From Eledone cirrhosa (taxonomy: Eukaryota), in the NCBI GenBank assembly GCA_964016885.1, contig OZ024743.1:80600001-80664000 (forward strand): DNA of 64,000 nt, written 5' to 3'. The notes under the pieces are model-generated. The model was given only the letters and a program-made list of their open reading frames with translations, searched no databases and was not told where the DNA came from. Positions 11,961 to 24,156 of the stretch are shown here, one piece after another. A program made the translations under genes and the position numbers. Within the stretch, counting starts at the first letter, position 1. Each line of letters begins with the position of its first letter.

Positions 11961-13348
11961 GTGGGAGGGTGGAAATTATTGGTTATGCTCTGAATAGTTT
12001 TAATGTTTCAATGATTTATGTAAATCAATAAACCAGTGACAAAACACCTTCAAATATATCATATATGAAAAACTTATAGAATCAATATATTCAGTTTTAA
12101 AATCAATACTCCGAGTACATTATTGTCCACTAAGCAGTCACAACAGTTTCTTCTCATTCGTTATTCAAATCGATTTTTAAATATTTGTTAGTCATCTACT
12201 GACTTTCTTTATGGTCTACTGAGTTTTAGGGTCAAACCTTGGAGATTTATTTTTAGAGTTGTGGTTTTAGTTTAGCCCTAGGTCAGCCATAAATAAGATC
12301 TATGAATAAAATAGTTTCCTCTTTGGCCACTCCGTCCTTCTAATCTAACAGTCTGTCTCTTGGACTACCTTATCTAATGTGCCCATCAAGTTTCAAGGAA
12401 GTACAATGAAATTTGAGGAAGAATTTTGCTCCTATTTCTAGTAGATGAAATGACCTCATAGGGGCAATATCGTAATCTACATCACACTTTGGTTAATTAT
12501 CTTTCTCTATTTTCATGATAACACTTGTACCTAACGAATGAAATATTAATTAATTATCGAAATCACCTGCTGTTTACGATAGTTTTTTCTTTCCATAAAT
12601 TACTGAAAAGCAATGACCATAAAGTTAGGAGGCCCTCTCTGATTGATGAGAGGTGCGGCTGATGATCAGGTTAAATATTTCTAGATTGGAGTTTGTAAGG
12701 AAAACACTTGGCATGGAGTTCAAGTTTGAGGGAGTACTGAGTGAAGTAGTTTGGTTTGAAATACAGTTAAGGCTTTAAATGTGAGGGTATGAATATATAT
12801 CCAATTTGTCATTGAACCAGATGTTGTTTTGCAAGGGTGTAGACACAGCAAATCAGTTAAGAAGTTAGCTTCACAATGACTCATTAGTCTCCAAGTTCGA
12901 TCCCACAACGGAACATATTGTCCAAGTTTCAGTCTCCATGTCATCAAGTCCACCCAAACGTAATTAAGTAGATAAAAACAGTTTAGAAGCTGGTCGAGTG
13001 TAAAGTAGCTGTAATACAAAGAAGCAATCTTGTCAAGCTGAATCTCTCTAAAAAGTATGTTATAGCTGCAAGTATCAAAGGAATATTCCACACAATGGGT
13101 TGTTCCTGCACCGGTATTGTACTTTATTAAACACATAAAACAGGGATAAACTCTGGGCTCAGTCCAACCCTTGCAAGTATTAAAAACCTGAGTTAAAACT
13201 GTAACTCTAGCCCTTAGTCTTTACTTTGTTATTTTGGTAATGTTATGTACAATAAGACATCATTAGTGGGTATGATGATCAAGTGGGTACACGGTCTTCT
13301 AGAAAGGTCAGCCAATTTCTCTTTAATCACAACTGACTGTGTGTACAA

Positions 13349-13449
<101 letters not shown>

Positions 13450-13469
13450 TCCGTACAGAAATAATTGTT

Positions 13470-13648
13470 TCTATTTTTGGCACAAGGCTAGCAAATACCC
13501 AGTACATTACTGGTACTTTATTTTATCGACCCCGTAAGGATGAAAGGCAAAGTTAACCTAGGTGGGATTTGAACTCAGATCATAAAGGGACGTAACTCTA
13601 TGCTTCAAAGCATGGTGTCCGACTCTCTACCGATACTGCCAATCCACA
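13470..13648 (-). mobile_element. tRNA-derived SINE
   Basis: Minus-strand B-box-like tctgagttcaaatcc; body ctggtactttattttatcgaccc...aaggatgaaaggcaaag recurs at ~46250-46330, ~46470-46560, ~63535-63610 and inverted at ~9775-9857. Confidence 0.75.
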
Positions 13649-14549
13649 GAAATAATGTGTGTATGTATAATTGAATGTTGATAATTTTTTATAGGAAAAT
13701 CTATGTTAAATCACTTGAAGCTCTTTATCTCGTTTGCTCTCACAAACTATTGAAAATGTTATACTTGTATATAGAACTGGTCCCAGGAGAGATGGAGACA
13801 CTGAGATTTGTGAATAGCAATCTTCTAGTTTGGTCAGCAGCCAAGAGATTACTAATTGCTTGTTCTTCGTCTATTACAATGCTACAGGACAATTTGTCAT
13901 GCCTGGCCGGGTCTTGTTACTATCAGCTGTTTCTACACGTCTGCATGTGGTATCAGCTGGGTGTGGGTGTGGTCGTATTAGTGTCGACTCTGTGTGTGTG
14001 TAATGTTTTACTGTTTAACACTTTTAATGTATAATTGCCTGAAACTCTCCTGGTTTTACGACAGTAAGCTGTTTATGTCAATGTTTATCTAAGTATCTTC
14101 CATCATAGATTTATATAAGAACCTTTGTTACACTAGTAAACCTCTCCAACTTCTTAATTATGTTTCAAAATGATTTGACAGTGCCTGGCATTAGGAATAT
14201 GATAATTATTCCTGACATGATAATGAAAGGGTTAAAGTGTTTATATTTAACTGAAATCTTTCTCTCAAGTTTATATAAGAACATCTAAGTTATGTTCCAA
14301 ACAACGATTTAATTAGTTATATTATTAAATACCTCCAAATACTTGATTCTTCTCCAAATTATTCTAAAACTCTAGGCAGTTTAATTCATTAAAGATATGG
14401 TAAACAAATAGTTAACCACGATTGCTGCAATATCTTCGTTTAGATTTTCTTTTGAAAAGTGTATTGTTGCAGGCCATGTTGACAGGATTGCCTACCTCTT
14501 ACCAACAGTAATGTACATAACACTTTCCACAGATACACACACCTTTACA

Positions 14550-14610
14550 GTGGTGATGATGGTGATGATGATGACGATGACGATGATGATGATAATAATA
14601 ATAATAATAA

Positions 14611-14641
<31 letters not shown>

Positions 14642-14823
14642 AAGAAGAAGAAGAAGAAGAAGAAGAAGAAGAAGAAGAAGAAGAAGAAGAAGAAGAAGAA
14701 GAAGAAGAAGAAGAAGAAGAAGAAGAAGAAGAAGAAGAAGAAGAAGAAGAAGAAGAAGAAGAAGAAGAAGAAGAAGAAGAAGAAGAAGAAGAAGAAGAAG
14801 AAGAAGAAGAAGAAGAAGAAGAA
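14550..14823. repeat. (GAT)n-(AAT)n-(AAG)~70 compound microsatellite
   Basis: Direct reading; immediately precedes the first R4/Dong-like copy. Confidence 0.95.
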
Positions 14824-17285
14824 ACAGCTCACCATGAAGAACAAACATGGGAAAATATAACAGTTGAACAGTTGCGCATGGCTCTAAGAAAAACCAGCAA
14901 ATGGAAATCCCCAGGAAAAGACAAAATACAAAACTTTTGGATAAATGCCTTCACAGAGTCTCATGAGCTGTTAGCCCAACTTTACAATGAAATAGTTAAG
15001 GAGCCAGAAAAGATACCATCATGGCTAGTTAACGGCATTACATTCCTGCTACCGAAGAATGATGAGACAAATAATCCCAAAAATTACAGACCGATAACCT
15101 GCTTGACCACAATGTATAAAATTTTAACATCGGTCCTAACTGAATACACATATGACCACCTGATAACAAATGACCTATTTCCCATTGAGCAGAAAGGGTG
15201 TAAACGAGGCTCATATGGCTGTAAGGATCAGCTTCTGGTTAACAAAATGATACTGGAAGATTGTCATAATAGACACAAAAATCTATCGATTGCTTGGATA
15301 GATTATAAAAAAGCATTCGATAGTTTGCCACACAGTTGGATTGAAAAATGTTTAGAGATTTTCAAAATATCCCCCGTTGTCAGGAGGATTTTGTCATTCA
15401 GTATGAAGACATGGAGAACGACACTCCTTTTGAATAGTGAAACAAAATCGCCGGAAGCTGGAGAAGTTAATATTAATTGTGGAATTTTTCAGGGTGACTC
15501 TTTATCACCGCTTTTATTCTGCATCGCACTTATACGATTAAGTAAAATGCTCAATGAAACAAAACATGGATATAGAGTCTATGACAAAACCATTAATCAC
15601 CTATTCTACATGGATGACCTGAAACTATTTGCAAAAAATGATGAACAATTGCAAGGGCTATTATCTACTGTGAAGCAGTTCAGTGATGACATTAAAATGG
15701 AATTTGGACTGGATAAATGCGCCAAAGCAACGTCCACCAGAGGAAAGCTGCTGAAGAGTTCAGACATTAATCTTGATCGGGGGAACGTGATAAGAGAACT
15801 TGATCAAGAAAAATCTTACAAATATCTAGGTGTTTGTGAAGGAGACGGAATCAAGCACTCGACAATGAGGGAAAGGATAAGGAAGGAATGTTACCGCAGA
15901 GTCAGAGCAATCTTAAGAACGGAATTGAATGCAAGGAATAGGATCGATGCCATAAACACGCTTGCCATACCAGTAGTAACCTACAGTTACAATGTCATCA
16001 CAGAGATCCGTAGGCTCGATACAAAAATCCGAAAATTCTTAACCATGCACAGAATGCATCACCCTAAGGCAGACATGGATAGAATATATCTCCCTAGGAA
16101 AGAAGGAGGACGTGGGTTAATCCAGTTAGACATTGCGTTGAAAACTGCAACAATTGGATTATCCACATATCTAAGGGAATCACATGATTGGATGATCAAA
16201 CTCGTTTTGAAACACGAAAGCACCAAAAGATCATATTCCATTACAAAAGATGCACAAAGATACAGTAATGGACTACAAATCTCAGAAGTCCCATTTACTG
16301 CTGAAATGGAAAACACAGAAAAAGCAAAGCAGGTAAAAGTAACTGCAAAGAAAGAACTGCTACAGAAACTGGCTAAGAAATGGCAAGAAAAGCCTCTGTA
16401 TGGAAAATACCCAGAGCGAGCTAACAATCCTGATGTTGACAAAACTTTAACCCATCAGTGGTTGGCATCCTCTGGACTGAAATCGGGGACTGAAGGACTG
16501 ATTATATCAGCACAAGATCAGTGTCTGCCAACAAAAAATTACCAAGCCAACATAATAAAAAATGGGTGCAGCCCATTATGCCGTGTATGCAAAAAACAAC
16601 CAGAGACCATTGACCATATAATTTCAATGTGCAGTCCTATAGCTCCAACCGAATACCTAAACAGGCATGACAGAGCTGCACAATACATACATTGGATAAT
16701 GTGTAAGCATTTTGACCTGCCCCATCAAAAGAATTGGTGGGAGCATCAACCACCTCCCATACTTGAAAAAGATCACATCTCAATCTTGTGGAACTTTAGC
16801 ATCCAAACAGACCGAAAAATAGATGCAAATAGACCTGATATAATATTGAAGGACTTTCAAAGGAGGGTATGCCTGCTAATTGATATGTCTGTTCCAATAG
16901 ACAAGAATGTAACTATAAAAACATTTGAAAAATTGAGCAAGTATAAGGACCTGGAGATAGAAATTGGAAAAATGTGGAAATTGAGAACTAAAACAATACC
17001 AGTGGTTGTAGGCGCTCTGGGAATGATACCTAAGGGGTCTAACGACTACTTATCGCAAATCCCAGGAAACCCGCGTATAGGTGATATACAAAAGATAGTA
17101 CTAATGGGAACTGTCCATATACTAAGGAAGATCCTGTCAATATAAGTACATCACAAGTCTAAACACTAAGGATGCATGTGTGAATATGTATGTTCTTTCT
17201 TGAACATGGCGGACCTTGTTGTCTCTTGAGGTCACTGGTTGTGACTTGGTGATAACTCGTATGAACGTAAAGCAAGATAAATGCA

Positions 17286-17286
<1 letters not shown>
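14824..17286 (+). mobile_element. R4/Dong-like non-LTR retrotransposon, family A, 5'-truncated
   Basis: RT-CCHC-RLE ORF, 140-nt 3' UTR and (TAA)n tail; near-identical to 37615-40070. Confidence 0.92.
14872..17145 (+). CDS. RT + CCHC zinc finger + restriction-like endonuclease (N-truncated, uninterrupted)
   Basis: KSPGKD, NYRPITCL, QGDSLSP, YMDD, CRVC..HIISMC, RHD, RPD..ID..KLSKY motifs. Confidence 0.85.
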   Translation: MRMALRKTSKWKSPGKDKIQNFWINAFTESHELLAQLYNEIVKEPEKIPSWLVNGITFLLPKNDETNNPKNYRPITCLTTMYKILTSVLTEYTYDHLITNDLFPIEQKGCKRGSYGCKDQLLVNKMILEDCHNRHKNLSIAWIDYKKAFDSLPHSWIEKCLEIFKISPVVRRILSFSMKTWRTTLLLNSETKSPEAGEVNINCGIFQGDSLSPLLFCIALIRLSKMLNETKHGYRVYDKTINHLFYMDDLKLFAKNDEQLQGLLSTVKQFSDDIKMEFGLDKCAKATSTRGKLLKSSDINLDRGNVIRELDQEKSYKYLGVCEGDGIKHSTMRERIRKECYRRVRAILRTELNARNRIDAINTLAIPVVTYSYNVITEIRRLDTKIRKFLTMHRMHHPKADMDRIYLPRKEGGRGLIQLDIALKTATIGLSTYLRESHDWMIKLVLKHESTKRSYSITKDAQRYSNGLQISEVPFTAEMENTEKAKQVKVTAKKELLQKLAKKWQEKPLYGKYPERANNPDVDKTLTHQWLASSGLKSGTEGLIISAQDQCLPTKNYQANIIKNGCSPLCRVCKKQPETIDHIISMCSPIAPTEYLNRHDRAAQYIHWIMCKHFDLPHQKNWWEHQPPPILEKDHISILWNFSIQTDRKIDANRPDIILKDFQRRVCLLIDMSVPIDKNVTIKTFEKLSKYKDLEIEIGKMWKLRTKTIPVVVGALGMIPKGSNDYLSQIPGNPRIGDIQKIVLMGTVHILRKILSI

Positions 17287-17324
<38 letters not shown>

Positions 17325-17328
<4 letters not shown>

Positions 17329-20300
17329 TCTTTATTGACAACAAGGATTTACATAAAGTAGACATTAAGGACAGTACAGGACAATACAGGACGGTTCAAA
17401 TGGGCATTTCTGCGTGTAAAAAAAACAGAGGATGTAATAAAAAATATTTGTGGAGAAAGCCCATTAAAAGGCCACAGTGACCGTGACCACCAGGGCAAGT
17501 GCCCTATCCCAGTTTTACACCTTTAATTTACAGACACATACTCAGAGTAGGCCCCATTCACTCGGGCCATACTTGCTTCTCTCACCCATCTTTCAACAAA
17601 AAGTCAATCAGGGCATCACCGAAGAGGTAAGTGCTCGTCTTCAGCCCTTTCAAACGTGTCCACCATACTATCTCTTTCGCCATGGCCACCAGACAGATAA
17701 AAACTGTCTGCCCTTCCCGGCTAAAGTAAGATCGCGGGGCAATCCTCAGAATGGACTCAGCTGATAGCCGGATCCGTCCTACACGTGACAGCAGGTGTTC
17801 GACATAAACCTACAAGTCAGCAATGCTCGGACACTGGACAAGTGCGTGCAGGACGGTTTCGTCGCCCTGCGCGCATCTCGGACATGCCCATCTGACGGCA
17901 CCTCCATGCCTGTAGAGTTTATCCCGAACTGGCAAAGCTCCTCGGTAGCACTGCCAGGCCAGGGATTTCTGGAAGTTGTCCATAGGCCCCGGCACGAAAG
18001 TTCTTCCGAAGAGATTGGCTAGTTGATTTTCGTCGACGCCTAGAATTTCTCCAAGTACGTCGTCGCTCTTCCCCTCCCTAATCCTCTATAGAACGCCAAG
18101 GAGGAGTTTCCACCGATCACATTGCCCGATTGGTCGAGGGTTGTGAGCGCCTGAAGACATTCCAGTCTCCAAGCGCTCCCTCTCGGTCTTCGCTTGACCC
18201 AGGACTGCAGCTCCGTCAAGGAGACGAGCTGGGGAAAGACGTGTCTAGCAAACGGCGACCACAACTGATCACCGTCGAGGAAGAGGTGGAGATGTCGTAG
18301 CCTGAGCGCGTGTCTGCGCATCATAAGCCACGGCATGCCCAGCCCTCCACGTAGCGGGTGTTGACAGCAGATGGACCGCCTGACCATCGGAGCGCGTTCC
18401 TTCCACAAAAAGCGAAAGAGCAAATGCTCCAGCGCAGTCAGGCGGGGCTTGAGACAAGGTACGACGGTCAGGCGGCAGTAGATGACGGACGCGATGTACG
18501 CGTTAGCTACCTCCGCTCGACCTTTCAGGGATAGCTTCCTCTCCGCCCATTTCTGGGTCACCTCGTCCCAGTTTTTGTCCGTCTGGATATCCGGACCGAA
18601 CCAGACCCCTAGCAATTTAACGGTCCGTCCGTCCAGCGCCCGACGACGCTGTTGGACGGCATGGACCTGCCTCTACAGGTGCCAAGCTGCAGGCCCACTG
18701 ACTTTTCCTGGTTGATCAGTGCTACTGTCACCACTTCGTATTCTCTTAGTGTAGTGCCGATCGCCTCGATGTGTTTGGCGTTCGACACCACTACGGTGAC
18801 ATCGTCCGCATATGCTGACACGGATCTTCCGCATCCTAATTCGCGCGGGACCCCACTCAACATCTCCAGTTTGTGCAGTAATGGCTCGAGAGTTAATACG
18901 TACAAGAGGGACGAGAGGGGACATCCTTGGCGGACCGAGCGCATGATGTTGAACGGTTCCGAAAGGTGACCGTTCACTCTCACCACAGAGCAGATGTCGC
19001 TGTGCATGGCAGCGATCCAGCCTCTGAAGACGGGCCCAAAGCCAGCCGCCCTCAGGACTGCCGCTAGGTAACGATGGTCGACCCTATCGAAAGCTTTCGA
19101 CTGATCTAAATTGATCAAGGACCCACCCGTGCCAGGTTCCCTAGCTACCCTCTCTACGATGTATCGCATGAGGTGGAGGTTGTCGTGGATGGATCTGTCG
19201 GGAATGGCGCATGTCTGCGCCTCTCCCACCAGACCACCAATGACAAGCGCCAACCTCTTTGACAGCACCTTGGCCAAAATCTTGAACTCTGTGTTTAGCA
19301 GAGTTATAGGCCTGAAATTATCTATGTTATCCCCCTTGTTCGGATCCTTTCTCAGCAGCGCCACAGCTCCTCGGCTCACAGAGCTGGGAATTCTCCCGTT
19401 CTGTTGCCAGTTGCAGTAGACGTCCGCCAAGAGGGCTCCGAACAAGTCTGGCATCTGTACGTAAAGTTCATAGGGCAGACCATCCCAACCAGGCGATTTA
19501 CTCCTTGTGCTGCCAGTCATTGCCTCCCGTACTTCAGCGGCTGTTATCGGCTTTTCACAACACTCCGCCTCAGTGGCCGAGAGCCGCGGCAGTCCGTCGA
19601 GGTAGACACTAAAGTCCATCCCTCGATTCGGCCCGCCGCTGCCCCCGAACAGCTGGGCGAAGTGTCGCTGGAAAGCTTCATACATTTGGCCGGGATCGAG
19701 TAGCATGCGCCCGTCGTGGTCCACCAAAGACCGGATCGTGGCTTTGTTGCCACGACGCGCCTCCGCCACTCGTGCCCATTGAACGGCTTTCGTCCCCTCG
19801 TGTCTCAGAGCACGCACCCTAGCTCTGACAACGCAGCCTTCGTGCTTTGCATTGAAAAATTGGTCAAGGCCAATTTCGCCGCAAGTATGTCGGTTGCGAT
19901 GCCTTTGCTAAGCGCCTCGTCTAATTTTCTAACTAATTCTCCCTCTGCTCTATTTTTCTCTATTGCTAAAGCCTTACTAAACCTAATGGACTCTATTCTA
20001 ATTGCTCTTTACAGAGCAAACCACCACTTGTTGTTGACGATGTCCCCCGTCAACGCCCGCTTAACTAGTTCGCTAATCCGGTCTCTGTAGGCCTTGCGCG
20101 CTGGTAAGGACGCGTTTAGCTTCCAGTAGCCGGGTCCTCGTCTATGAAGCCTATCTAAGTCAAGCACACAGATCACGAATTTGTGGTCCGTGTAGCTGAC
20201 TATCTTGAATTGTGGACAGCCTATGCTAGACCTATCTATTTCCCTACAAAATACTCTATCTAGATATGATCTGGATGAGCCTATGCGATTTGTCCAAGTC

Positions 20301-23025
20301 CACATTGGCACATTCGGGAAATCCAATCGGTACCTGTCAGACAGTTCAAAACGCCTGAGCAGGTTGGTGAGGCTGTTGCACCCTCCTTCCCTATCCACTG
20401 ATCCCACACAGTCCCAGCGTGCATTTAAGATCCCGTTCCAATCGCCCACTAACACTAAAGAGCGGGACGTTCCAAGAAAGGTCTCCAGACGCCGGAAGAA
20501 ATCAGGCCGCCCTGCTCCTGTCGGGCATAGACGGCCACTAGCCTGAAAGCTTGCCCGTCTCCGCTGGTCACGTCCAGCACCACCAGCTTACCTTCTGGGT
20601 CCAGGAAGATGGCCCGTATGGCGAGATCCAAACCTCTCCGAAAAAGCACAGCAACTCCTCCCCCCGATCTCGGACGGCTGGGAGATGCGTACACATCGTA
20701 GCCGCCGAAGATCGGTGCGAAGGCCCGTGCTTCGGAGATTCTGGTCTCGCTGATGGCCACTACATCTATGTTTAGTGACCTGAGGTCGTTGAGCAGGTGG
20801 CCCTGCTTCTATGACGACCCCAAGCCACGCGCATTTATGCTGCCTATTCTGAGTGAGGTTATGTTGAAATGGAGTGGAAAAGACGGGAAAGACCACTTAC
20901 CTTACTTCTCGTAGAGGAAGGATGGTTTGTCCATCCTTTTCACTGCTTGTGGCCTCCTCCGGAAGGATGTCCTTATAAATCCTCCTGGAGAGTGCTTGTC
21001 GGAAGTCTCCGATGTCTTTGGGGAATTTTTGTTTTAGTGTCGTGTACGTTTTCTGTGTGATGCGAGTGATTTGTATGTGTGGAGGTGGTGAGAAATTTTG
21101 GGTTGTTGTGTAGTCTTTTTCTGTGATGCTGGTGTTGTGTAATAATTGGTTGTTGTTCAAATTTATACTGTGTAGTGTGTATCGTTTTGGTTGTTTTGTT
21201 TTGTTTGCGTTTGTTGTGGGTTTGTTTCTGTTTCGCTTTTTGGTGACTTTTGCGGTGTTGGTGATGGTGGTGTTGGGGTTAATGAATGTGTTGGTGTTTG
21301 TGGTGATGGGGTAGGTGATGCTGGTGTGGATGGTGGCATATCTGTCCTAACTTTTTTGTTTGATATTTTATTTGTTTCCCTCTGTATTTTGTTTTTGGAG
21401 GGGGAAGGAAGAGAATTTTTTCTTTTTTTGTTTCTTTTTTTCTTTTTTCCTGATACCGTTACCCACTCCTCGTCGTCACAATCTGTCTCCAGTTGAGATA
21501 GGCCGGGGAGTGGAAAATCCTCCACAGACGTTGGTTTTGGTTGTGGCGTGGTGGGTGGTGTAGGCGCTGGTGCTAGTTCTGAAGCGTTGGGTGGTGGTGG
21601 TGTTGGTTTTGCTACTGTTGCTGGGGTTGTTGCTGTTACAGTTGCTTCTGTTTTTGCTGCTACAGTTGTTGCTGCCATCTCTGCTGCTGGTGGTGTTGAT
21701 GGTTGAGTCACTGGGGTGGGTAAGAGAGGTGGCCTCAACCTTTTAGCCTAGGGCAGAAAGCCCTTAGGTGGGTTCCTTCACCACAAACGTCACATCTAGT
21801 CCTTCTGCCCTCGACAATTACAGTGAGGTGGCTGCCGTCAGTGAGGTCTATTACCTCTGGGATCTCCTCAATGCTTTTTTTGGTCCGCTTGGATCAGGAG
21901 TGGCATCCCTGATCTGGACCAGTTCTCCTGCTTTTCTTTCCCTATTTCGATTATTTTGGTGTTGGCTTCGATGCCGGCGAGGACGGCAGCTATTAGCCAG
22001 GGAATTTCGATGGCCGGTGGAACGTGGGTCACCCTGATCTTTACGAGTCTCTGGCCACAATAACTTGGGACGAGTGTGAAGTCGTCACTTCTTAATGGGG
22101 CCATAGAGTGTTCTCTGGCCTCCTGTGGTGTTTCAAAGAACACGTCCACGGTTCCATATTTCTGCCCACGTCTGATGTGGGGGTTTTTTGCCCACACATG
22201 TCCCAAAGCTTTTGGGATTTGGGACTCGGATGCCCGTTCCACTCGGCGCGATTTTATATTAATTGTTCGATATGACACGTTGCATAGGCGCCGATGCTCC
22301 ATTTTATTAGGTGGGGGGTGAGGGAGACTCTGTACCCATCTTTCTTTACCATTTTTGGGGCTTCTTCTAATTCCTCCTGAGTTACCTGAAATGCTTCGCA
22401 CTGTTTTGCTACTCTGGCAAAACTCAGGGTGGTTTTCTTAATGTCATTGTTGCTGTTGTTGTTATCGTTATTTTTGTTATTATTAATTTTAGTTTCAGTT
22501 GTGGTGGTGGTGGCGTCAGTGGTGTTCGGTGTGGAAGAGTTCATTTTGGTTGAATTCATTTTGAAATCACTAATTAATTTTTTTTTTTCTTTTGTTTCTG
22601 TTGTCGCGGTGGGGGGGGGGGTTGTCGCGAGGTGGTGGTGGTGGCGGCTTTAACACCTGCAGTCATTGGTAATAGCGGGAAATGAATGTCTGCCTCAGAC
22701 AAATTTAAAATATTGCTACTGCTTATATTTTTATTGTTGGCAAACGTAGTAATATTTACAATGGTGGTGTCGGTGTGAGGTGTTAGTTTGTGAGGAAGAA
22801 GTGACCCTGAGTCATCCATGATTTTTCAAAGAAAAATTTTTGTTTGATAATTATAAAAGTTTAAATTTTGGGCTCAAGGCCCCACTCTTTTTCGGTGTCC
22901 TTTTCAGATAACAATGTATGTGCACTTATATACAGTTAACAATAAAAATGTTCCATCAATGGCAATTTTAAACAACTGAAAATAACAAACCTTTGCGGAT
23001 GATACGATTTACTACGTAGGTCGCC
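17325..23025 (-). mobile_element. Tx1-like (L1 group) LINE, full length, frameshifted (copy B)
   Basis: ORF1 ~22819-20897 (N/T-rich, RRM-like KYGTVDVFF, knuckle CDVCGEGTHLRAFCP); ORF2 ~20862-17528 (APE SETR/GDWN/SYLDR/TDH, RT YADD, CPRC..H..C); AATAAA then (ATT)n tail; (AAT)n at both ends. Confidence 0.9.
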
Positions 23026-23046
23026 AATAATAATAATAATAATAAT

Positions 23047-24094
23047 GATTTCGTTTATTAGCCACAAGGGCCGACATGTAGGGGACAATACAAAGACAGG
23101 GACAGTGGGGGTTTACAATAAGGTCGAGTAAAAGTGCACAATGGCAAGACTAATTTAACAATGAAGATACAAAAATATAAAATAAACTATGCATAAATAT
23201 AATAAAATAAATTTCCTGATAGGGGATGCGACACCCTGGGGTGACTCGGGTACCCCACCAATCCTGAACCACCCTGCACTTCTAGGGCACCCAGGGAGAG
23301 CACCCCTCTCCTCAAGTTAGCTAGCCTATAGGCGCATGCTCAGAGTAGGCCCATTCACACGAGCCATTCTCGCCACATTCACCCACCTTTTAGCAAATGT
23401 ACTGGGGAGCAGCACTTCTCTCTCCATCCTCAACTTCCTTTCCAGGTGAAACTTGAAGAAGTTGATGAGGGATTGGCCGAAGAGAAAAGTGTCTGTCTTC
23501 AGTCCTTTTAACCTGGTCCACCATATAACCTCTTTCGCAACTGCCACCAGACAGAGGAAAATTTCCTGCTCTTCCTGACCTAAGGAAGGCGGTGGATCGA
23601 TCTTCACTATGGACTCGGCCGATAGCCGGATTCGTTCCACACGCGACAGTAGCTGTTCGACATAACTCCACGAGTCAGTAATGCACGGACATTGGACAAG
23701 TGCGTGCAGAACGGTTTCGTCGTTCTGTGCGCATCTTGGGCAGGTCCGTCTGACAGCACTTCCGTGCCTGTAGAGTTTATCCCGAACCGGCAGTTCCCCC
23801 ATTAGCAGTGCCAAGCGAGGGATTTCTGGAAATTGTCCATCGTCCCCGGCTCAAAAGTCCTCCGGTACAGACTGGTCAGTTCGACTTCGTCGAGGCTCAA
23901 AGCTTCTCCGAGTGCGTCATCGCACTTGCCCTCCACTAATCCTCTATAGAACTCGAGAGTGGAAGTTCCACTGATCGCATTGCCCACTTGGTAGAGGGCA
24001 GTGAGTGCCTTCACCATTCCAGGTGCCAGACACCCAGTCTCGGTCTCTTCTTGACCCAGGACTGCAGCTCAGTCAAAGAAATGAGCTGCGGAAA
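23047..24094 (-). mobile_element. Tx1-like LINE, 5'-truncated (copy C)
   Basis: ORF2 C-terminus LPVRDKLYRHG..CPRC..ETVLHALVQCP, stop 23326-23328; closest to copy E; (AAT)n on both sides. Confidence 0.9.

Positions 24095-24154
<60 letters not shown>

Positions 24155-24156
<2 letters not shown>

Noticed and set aside
12659-12715. CTGATGA ... GAAA
   Set aside because: No stem I, II or III pairing; chance match.
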